From the NCBI GenBank assembly GCA_964399075.1, contig CAYNPK010000001.1:160961-224960 (forward strand): a DNA stretch of 64,000 nucleotides, in the 5' to 3' direction. Shown piece after piece: positions 57,627 through 64,000 of the stretch. The translations under genes were made by a program, and so were the position numbers. The first letter of the stretch is position 1; every line of letters begins with the position of its first letter. A model generated the notes under the pieces. It was not told the origin of the DNA. It searched no databases and was given only the letters and a program-made list of their open reading frames with translations. This stretch comes from an uncultured Candidatus Saccharibacteria bacterium (GTDB lineage Bacteria > Patescibacteriota > Minisyncoccia > Phycocordibacterales > JACOZG01).

Positions 57627-59426
57627 CTATTCGCCAGTTGAACTAATCATCTTTAAGAACACTTCCGGCGGAATATTCACCCGTCCTCTTGATTGCATCT
57701 TCTTTTTACCTTTCTTCTGTTTTTCTCTCAACTTCATCTTCCGAGTAATATCTCCACCGTAGAGATAATCCGTAACGTCTTTGCGCAAAGCGCTTAAAGT
57801 GCGCGAGGCAAGAATTCTTCCCAGGGCGCGAGCTTGAATTTTCACAATAATCAATTGACGAGGCAATAAATCTTTTAACTTTTCTGCTACGGCCTGAGCT
57901 TCTATCTCCACCTTTTTCCTAGCGACCATCCTGGTGAAAGCTGGCACCATTTCATCATTAACCAAGATATCTAACCTAACCACATCAGCTGGACGAAGTT
58001 CTCCAACTACATAAGAAAAAGAGGCGAAGCCGGAGGAAACACTTTTCAATTCATCAAAAAAATTACGCATCAGTTCCCGCAAGGGCAACTCAATCCGCAT
58101 TACAGTGCGATTGCGACCAAAATTATCTGTCGCTAGCAAAATTACCTCATGATCATTAAAGAGTTTAATCACTGATCCAAGATAATCCGGCGGGGTAATC
58201 ACTTGCGCCGAAACCCAAGGCTCGAGAACTTTAAGATGCTTCAGATCTTCAGGAAAAAGCGATGGCGAATAAACAAAACGCTCTTCTCCAGTGCGCTCGT
58301 CTTGGATCTGATAACCAATCGTTGGCGTAGCGGTAATTAAACGAACTTGATGCTCTCGCCTCAACCGTTCGGTAACAATTTCCAAGTGTAACAGTCCAAG
58401 AAAACCAGCCCGAAAACCGCGCCCCAAAATAATCGACGACTCTTCTTCGAAATAAAGCGAAGCGTCAGAAAGTCGCAAGCGTCCCAGAGCTTGTTTCAAA
58501 AGATTAAAATCTTTCTGATTTTCGGGATAGAGTGACGCCCAGACTACCGGTCGAGGCTCAGTGTAGCCGGGGAATAAAGGCAGGGGGCGATTTAACTTAA
58601 TAATCGTATCCCCCACTTTCGCCTGACCAGGATTCTTAATACCAGTGACAACATAGCCAATCTCACCAGCTCTCAATTGCTCCACAGAAACTTTTTCCGG
58701 ACGGAAAAGGCCAACTGAAGAGGCGATGAATTTCTCGCCCGTGGCCCCAAAGACTAGATTATCGCCCTTCTTAATCGAACCGTCAGCTACTCTAATATAA
58801 ACAATTAGTCCCTGATGATTAGAATATTCAAAGTCAAACACCAAAGCCCGCAAACCAGCGGTCTCGGGAAACTTTTCTTCCGGCGGTGGAACTCGCTCGA
58901 CAATTGCTTGTAACAATTCCGAGACACCAGCGCCAGTCTTACCAGAAACTGCCAAAATATCATCGCCATTGCAATTTAATAATTCAACTAATTCAGCCCT
59001 AGTCTCTTCCACTCTAGCTTGAGGTAAGTCAATTTTATTTAAAACCGGAATAACAGTTCGCCCCAAGTCTTGAGCTAGTGCTAAGACTGTCAAAGTCTGC
59101 GCCTGAACACCTTGAGCGGCATCAACCAACAGGATCACCCCCTCAACCGCCTCAAGAGCTCGAGAAACTTCGTAAGCAAAATCAACATGCCCCGGTGTAT
59201 CGATTAAATTTAAAATATACTCTTGACCAGCCTGCAAATAGCGCATTTTAATAGGTTGCATTTTAATCGTAATACCCCGTTCTCGTTCTAAATCCATCAT
59301 ATCTAGCACTTGATTCTTCATCTTCCGACGCTCAATAGTAGCCGTTTCTTCCAACAAACGATCGGCCAAGGTGCTTTTACCATGGTCAATGTGGGCAATA
59401 ATAGAAAAATTACGAATATTTTGCAT
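57627..59426 (-). CDS. lepA: Elongation factor 4
   Basis: IRNFSIIAHIDHGKSTLADR, DTPGHVDF, GFLGLLH, GGDITRKMKL. Confidence 0.97.
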   Translation of the reverse strand: MQNIRNFSIIAHIDHGKSTLADRLLEETATIERRKMKNQVLDMMDLERERGITIKMQPIKMRYLQAGQEYILNLIDTPGHVDFAYEVSRALEAVEGVILLVDAAQGVQAQTLTVLALAQDLGRTVIPVLNKIDLPQARVEETRAELVELLNCNGDDILAVSGKTGAGVSELLQAIVERVPPPEEKFPETAGLRALVFDFEYSNHQGLIVYIRVADGSIKKGDNLVFGATGEKFIASSVGLFRPEKVSVEQLRAGEIGYVVTGIKNPGQAKVGDTIIKLNRPLPLFPGYTEPRPVVWASLYPENQKDFNLLKQALGRLRLSDASLYFEEESSIILGRGFRAGFLGLLHLEIVTERLRREHQVRLITATPTIGYQIQDERTGEERFVYSPSLFPEDLKHLKVLEPWVSAQVITPPDYLGSVIKLFNDHEVILLATDNFGRNRTVMRIELPLRELMRNFFDELKSVSSGFASFSYVVGELRPADVVRLDILVNDEMVPAFTRMVARKKVEIEAQAVAEKLKDLLPRQLIIVKIQARALGRILASRTLSALRKDVTDYLYGGDITRKMKLREKQKKGKKKMQSRGRVNIPPEVFLKMISSTGE

Positions 59427-59437
59427 GCCTTACCATC

Positions 59438-61114
59438 CTACAACCCTTCTTGCTCGGGAGCAATCACCCGAACTCGCCAGAATTTACGCTTAAGCGACGA
59501 CCCGATTTCAGCCAATTCTTGATTATTAAAATATTTTAGCGTCAAAAATAAAACACTTAAACCAAGCGCACCGGCAATCAAGCCCTGGAGAAAAATTCCC
59601 AAGAAAGTATTCTGATCAAACCAAACCACCAACCAGGTTAAAGTTTGATAACTAACAATCCCAGCCACCAGAGAGCTAATGATTGATTGGGAAACCGAAC
59701 GACTTACCTCTGGGCCAAAGTGTCCGAAGTCACGCTGGAAAAATCGCCACAATAAAATCGCGTTAAAAGTAACCCCGAGAGAGAAACTCAAAGGCAACAT
59801 GAGAATGGCCGTGCCGGACAGATTTTCCACTCTTAATAAGCGTTCGATTAATTCTCGCCAAAATAAATTATGCTTAAATAAGAAAAGGAGAAACAGCGCC
59901 AAAACAGCAATCAAGATGGCTGATAAAATATTAATGACCAGTGGCGCGCGAGTCCGACCACAAGCGTAATAACCGCGAGCTAATAACAAAATAATACTTT
60001 GACCAACCAGCGCGAGAGCAAACAAGGCAAGAGCGGCGGCGGTCAGTCTAGTGTTTGACCAACCAAAATTACCAGCGCCCAAAATTACTCGAACAATTTG
60101 GGCTCGCAAAACAATCAATAGCGCCGTAGCCGGGATGGCCCAAAAAATAATATGACGCAAAGCCACGGTGATTTGGACTAAAAAGCGATCAACTTCGCCT
60201 CGAGAAAATAATTGAGCCAAGGTGGGAAAAGCAGCGACAGAATAACTCACCCCAATTACGGCTAGAGGAACAGAGTGCAAGTTCATTGATAAATTAAAAA
60301 TCGCCACCGATCCGGCGCCCAAGAATGAAGCGAAAGCAATCAGAAGCAATAAAGAGAGCTGGTTGGCGCTCAAAGCGAGCGTTCGTGGTAGAGAAATAAC
60401 CACAACTCGTCGTAGCTCTGACCAAGCGGGACGAAAATTTAAGTAAGGAGTTAAGCCACTTTTTATAATTGTCGGCAATTGGATGGCTAAATGGAGGCTA
60501 GCGCCCAGAATTACCCCCCAGGCCAAGCCCGGCAAACCAAGCCGTGGATAGAACCACAAAATACCGACAATAATGCCAATATTGTAAAGCAAGGGGCTTA
60601 GAGCATAGATAAAAAACTTACGCAGAGACTGGGTTACCGCTCCCAATAAATTAGATAGCCCCAACAAAAATGGCGACAATAGCATAATCCTAGTTAAAGT
60701 CGTGAGATCGGCTTGCTGACTAGCGCTAAAGCCGGGCGCAACAACTTTGGTCAAAAATGGAGCAAAAATAAGAAGTAAAAAACTAACCACAATCATCACA
60801 ACAATGAAAGCGGTGAAAACTTGACTAAGAAATTGTCGCGCTTGGGGACGATCTTTTTCTAAAAAATTCAAAAGAAGAGGGATAAGCACGGTCACCGAAA
60901 CAAAAGAAGCAATAGAAACATAAACCAAATCAGGTAAACGAAAAGCGGCATAATAAACGTCCAACTCCTGACCGGCACCAAATTTGGAAGCCAACAAACG
61001 ATCACGAATCAAAGCCAAGAATTGCGAAGCAAGCGAAGAAAGGCCGAGTAAAAGCGCTGCTTGATGAAGGCCGTTTAATTCTCGACCTAACCAATTTAAG
61101 ATTCGCTCAACCAT
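59438..61114 (-). CDS. murJ: Lipid II flippase MurJ (MviN)
   Basis: RDRLLA..FGAG..LDVYYAAFRLPD, AAFPTL, many TMs. Confidence 0.92.
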   Translation of the reverse strand: MVERILNWLGRELNGLHQAALLLGLSSLASQFLALIRDRLLASKFGAGQELDVYYAAFRLPDLVYVSIASFVSVTVLIPLLLNFLEKDRPQARQFLSQVFTAFIVVMIVVSFLLLIFAPFLTKVVAPGFSASQQADLTTLTRIMLLSPFLLGLSNLLGAVTQSLRKFFIYALSPLLYNIGIIVGILWFYPRLGLPGLAWGVILGASLHLAIQLPTIIKSGLTPYLNFRPAWSELRRVVVISLPRTLALSANQLSLLLLIAFASFLGAGSVAIFNLSMNLHSVPLAVIGVSYSVAAFPTLAQLFSRGEVDRFLVQITVALRHIIFWAIPATALLIVLRAQIVRVILGAGNFGWSNTRLTAAALALFALALVGQSIILLLARGYYACGRTRAPLVINILSAILIAVLALFLLFLFKHNLFWRELIERLLRVENLSGTAILMLPLSFSLGVTFNAILLWRFFQRDFGHFGPEVSRSVSQSIISSLVAGIVSYQTLTWLVVWFDQNTFLGIFLQGLIAGALGLSVLFLTLKYFNNQELAEIGSSLKRKFWRVRVIAPEQEGL

Positions 61115-61202
61115 TTGCTAGCATAGTAACGAAAATATTGAGGTTCTGCAACAAAAAATCAAAAATCCCCCACCATTTAGGTGAGAGATTTCTGATTTTA
61201 AT

Positions 61203-61650
61203 GACTCCGCGCCGATAAGCCGAATTCTGTTCCGTCTTCCGTAGGATGACGAATGATGATTATTTATCTAGCCCCTCAATTACTATCGGGGTCAAGCGGC
61301 ACTTCCTTAGGAAAACTTGCGTCCTCCCAAAGACACGGCCTTGCAACAGGTAGGGTTTGCCGAGTAGATCGCCTCGCGACGATTCTTCTATTGTGGCTTC
61401 CCACTTAAGAGAAACCTCGATAGACTTTTCACCTTTCTCCATCAATTAAATAAATTAACTGATGGATAGTATTGTCTCTGTGGCACTTTCCCTCCGACCA
61501 TGTCACCATGGTCGGGGTGGGGATTACCCACTACCATCTTCCCTGCCCTGATCTGAAACAGTCAGAACAAGGGTTGTTCGGACTTTCCTCTATTATCACT
61601 CCGTCGTCAATGACGACGGAGTGATAATAGCAATCATCTGGCGCGAAGCC
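61203..61650 (-). ncRNA. rnpB: RNase P RNA
   Basis: GAGGAAAGTCCG near the 5' end, ACAGAATTCGGCTTAT near the 3' end, P1 GGCTTCGCGCC/GGCGCGGAGTC, upstream TGGTATAAT promoter. Confidence 0.93.
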
Positions 61651-61692
61651 TTATTGATTATACCATAATCTGCTAGAAAAACAATCAAAAAA

Positions 61693-63993
61693 TTAATTCT
61701 GAACCCCGTTATCGGTTGCTGGAGTTACATCAATCTCACAGACACCAGAGACGCAGGCTAATTCTTTAGAACCGGTAGTGCGATCATCGTGCTCATAAAG
61801 AACGATTTTAGAAAAATCAATTTCTGGAAAATTCTGAACTAATTCACGATAACGCGCTTCGTCAATTTCCTCATAAGGCGCTAAGCGATAGACGTGATCA
61901 TTCCGAGGCAAGAAAGAGAGGCCGCCAACCAGATCCCAATTTTCATAAACCCAATTAGCCACTTGCAACCACTCATCATTGCCAATAGACACTGTTGTGG
62001 ATGGATTATGCTCGGTGTAACTTTCCTTCAACATCTTCCAATGTTCCAATTGCTGAAGAGCGGTTAAATCATTCTTAAAGATTGATCCCTTGGGAGCCTT
62101 AACGGGAAATTCTAAAACGAAGGTAGTAGCCGTATCCAAAGTTTGACCAACTTCGGGATGATGAGGCACTCCCATATCCCGCAACATTAAGAAAAGTGGA
62201 TTGTGATTTTCAATTCTCACTCGGCGAATATAGTAAGGCGCGTGACGTGGATGCATCCCTGAAGAAGAATCAAACAGTTGCGAACCATTGCCGGAAGGCT
62301 TAACACAAGTAATACAAGTGGAAGGATTAATACCAAACCGCGAGGCGTACTGACGATTAGTTTCTATGGCGACCTCCTTCATTTTGCGCAAAGTGTGAGC
62401 GTTACGCACCGCCGGACAATCAAATTGACCGGTAATTGATACGCCTAAGAGCGCTTCCTCCTCGCAATTCTTCTTCCATTCTCGAGATAAATATGGGAAT
62501 TTGGTTAGAGTTGCTTGATAAGTACCCAAGATCGCCGCAATTCTAACTTTTTTCAAAAGTGTTTCTTCAGTATCTTCTGATCGGGCAACCACTTCAGACA
62601 AATTACAAAATTGTTTTGACTTTAGAATAATTTCGCCACAAGGATTAGTCCCGCAAGTATCAACATCAGCTTTGAAGATCGGCCAACGACGAGCCGGTAA
62701 TTGTCGTTGTAAACCACCACGATTAAAGATACCCCGCTCACCGGAACCGGACTTAACCAAACTAACCCACTCATCCAAAAATTGCTCCAGAGTTGGCTTC
62801 TGATTATAAACAGCCGAATTGTTAGCCATACTCCGTTGAGGATTAGTCAAATAAAATTGACCGTTTTTCGCATCACGCATTTCTGGATCATCTAAGTCAG
62901 ACAGGGAGATAAGGGCGCTCCTCCGCACTCCGCCAGAAACCACTACCTCGCCGGTTTTACAAACAATATCATGAGCATCAACCGTTGTGAGACGACGACC
63001 CTGTCGCTTCAACATTTTCTCTTTTGTAAAATCAAGCAAGGCTCTTAAGGGAGCCGGCCCGGAAGCTCTACCACCCATGGTGGCTAAGCGACTACCTTGA
63101 GCTCTAATTTGAGAATAGTCAAAAATAACGTCATTGCCTTCGGACCAAGTCTTCAAACCAAAGACGAAGGCGTCCGCCCAACCCTCCTTACTATCGGCAA
63201 TAACATACTGAAAAGGTTTAGCCTCAACTTGTTTCTGAATCACCGGTAAACGCTCGATAGTTTGATGCTCAACAGAAAATCCAACCCCAGTACCACACAT
63301 GAGAATATACATTATTTCCGCAAAGTCTGACCAACGACTAGGCGCCACAAAAGAACAATTGTAAGCACAGACATTAGTTGTCCTAGCCGCCTTACCAGCT
63401 GACCACAACAGACGCATGGAACCAAGAGTCGACATCTCCATCATGTAATCTCGAATTTCTGTGTATTCCGCTTCTTTTAACTTATTACCTAAATTCTCAC
63501 GCATAAAGTCAATGTAACGATCAATAGTTTCCACCCAAGTCTCACGACGATGTTTCTCTGGTATCCACTTAGAATAGGTGGAGTAGTATACAAATTCAGA
63601 CAACTGACTCCGGAAGTGCTTTTTACTTTCTTTAGCTAATTCTTTTACTTCACGAGGCACCTCACCTTTTTGCTGACGCAATTCTGCTCGACGTTGGCGG
63701 TATAAGATATAAGACTTTGATGCCTTCACAAAGCCCTGGATAATCAATTGAGCCTCAACTAAATCTTGAACCCCCTCAACAGTGGGAATAAATTTACCAA
63801 CCGAGTGTTTAGTTGCCTTAAGTAAGTCTTTTACCACCAAATCAGCCACTTTATTAGCGTCTTTCTCTGTTCCATTCCCACTGGCGCGCATAGCTTTCCA
63901 AGTGGCATTTTCTATTCGACCTCGATCAAAGGCAACAACGACCCCATCGCGTTTTCTAATTTTTTTCAAAGTGGGAACCGTTCGCTTGACCAA
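61693..63993 (-). CDS. nrdJ: Class II (B12-dependent) ribonucleotide reductase with ATP-cone; start may lie outside the window
   Basis: ATP-cone KRDG..FD, YNC, GGVRRSA, TNPCGE, CNL, KPSG, C-terminal CVSGVC. Confidence 0.92.
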   Translation of the reverse strand: MVKRTVPTLKKIRKRDGVVVAFDRGRIENATWKAMRASGNGTEKDANKVADLVVKDLLKATKHSVGKFIPTVEGVQDLVEAQLIIQGFVKASKSYILYRQRRAELRQQKGEVPREVKELAKESKKHFRSQLSEFVYYSTYSKWIPEKHRRETWVETIDRYIDFMRENLGNKLKEAEYTEIRDYMMEMSTLGSMRLLWSAGKAARTTNVCAYNCSFVAPSRWSDFAEIMYILMCGTGVGFSVEHQTIERLPVIQKQVEAKPFQYVIADSKEGWADAFVFGLKTWSEGNDVIFDYSQIRAQGSRLATMGGRASGPAPLRALLDFTKEKMLKRQGRRLTTVDAHDIVCKTGEVVVSGGVRRSALISLSDLDDPEMRDAKNGQFYLTNPQRSMANNSAVYNQKPTLEQFLDEWVSLVKSGSGERGIFNRGGLQRQLPARRWPIFKADVDTCGTNPCGEIILKSKQFCNLSEVVARSEDTEETLLKKVRIAAILGTYQATLTKFPYLSREWKKNCEEEALLGVSITGQFDCPAVRNAHTLRKMKEVAIETNRQYASRFGINPSTCITCVKPSGNGSQLFDSSSGMHPRHAPYYIRRVRIENHNPLFLMLRDMGVPHHPEVGQTLDTATTFVLEFPVKAPKGSIFKNDLTALQQLEHWKMLKESYTEHNPSTTVSIGNDEWLQVANWVYENWDLVGGLSFLPRNDHVYRLAPYEEIDEARYRELVQNFPEIDFSKIVLYEHDDRTTGSKELACVSGVCEIDVTPATDNGVQN

Positions 63994-64000
63994 TTTTGGA

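Noticed and set aside
1-64000. CRISPR array, rRNA, IS transposase, reverse transcriptase
   Set aside because: No spaced direct repeats, rRNA signatures, DDE transposase or RT motifs were seen.

Overview
A gene-dense bacterial chromosome segment using standard code 11 (TGA is used as stop). Its content is typical of Patescibacteria/CPR, probably Parcubacteria (inference): short IF-2, tandem T4SS/VirB2-like pilins, archaeal-type AspRS, class II RNR and near-leaderless housekeeping genes. The backbone carries clpB, sod, a cysteine desulfurase, infB-rbfA, typA, gyrA, rpsA, pth, lepB, hisS, rpsU-ybeY-ftsA-ftsZ-trxB-murA, tsaD, lepA, murJ, rnpB, nrdJ and 10 tRNAs. The most striking accessory element is at 50.9-57.0 kb. 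A T-box-controlled aspS sits head-to-head with a GC-richer operon encoding a small unknown protein, an AsnRS-like paralog with a rewritten amino-acid pocket, a second AspRS and a metallo-amidohydrolase, followed by a HIT remnant and tRNA-Gly. Other notable elements: a T-box with an ultrashort Stem I and a GAC specifier; an integron-like locus (tyrosine recombinase, attI-like site, racemase cassette, attC); a decayed second cassette array after hisS; a frameshifted gene whose 3' end resembles a DGR variable region; a candidate orphan sRNA; a 10-aa micro-ORF; and tRNA genes overlapping the stop codons of upstream genes. All protein calls come from motif recognition by eye; no database search was run.
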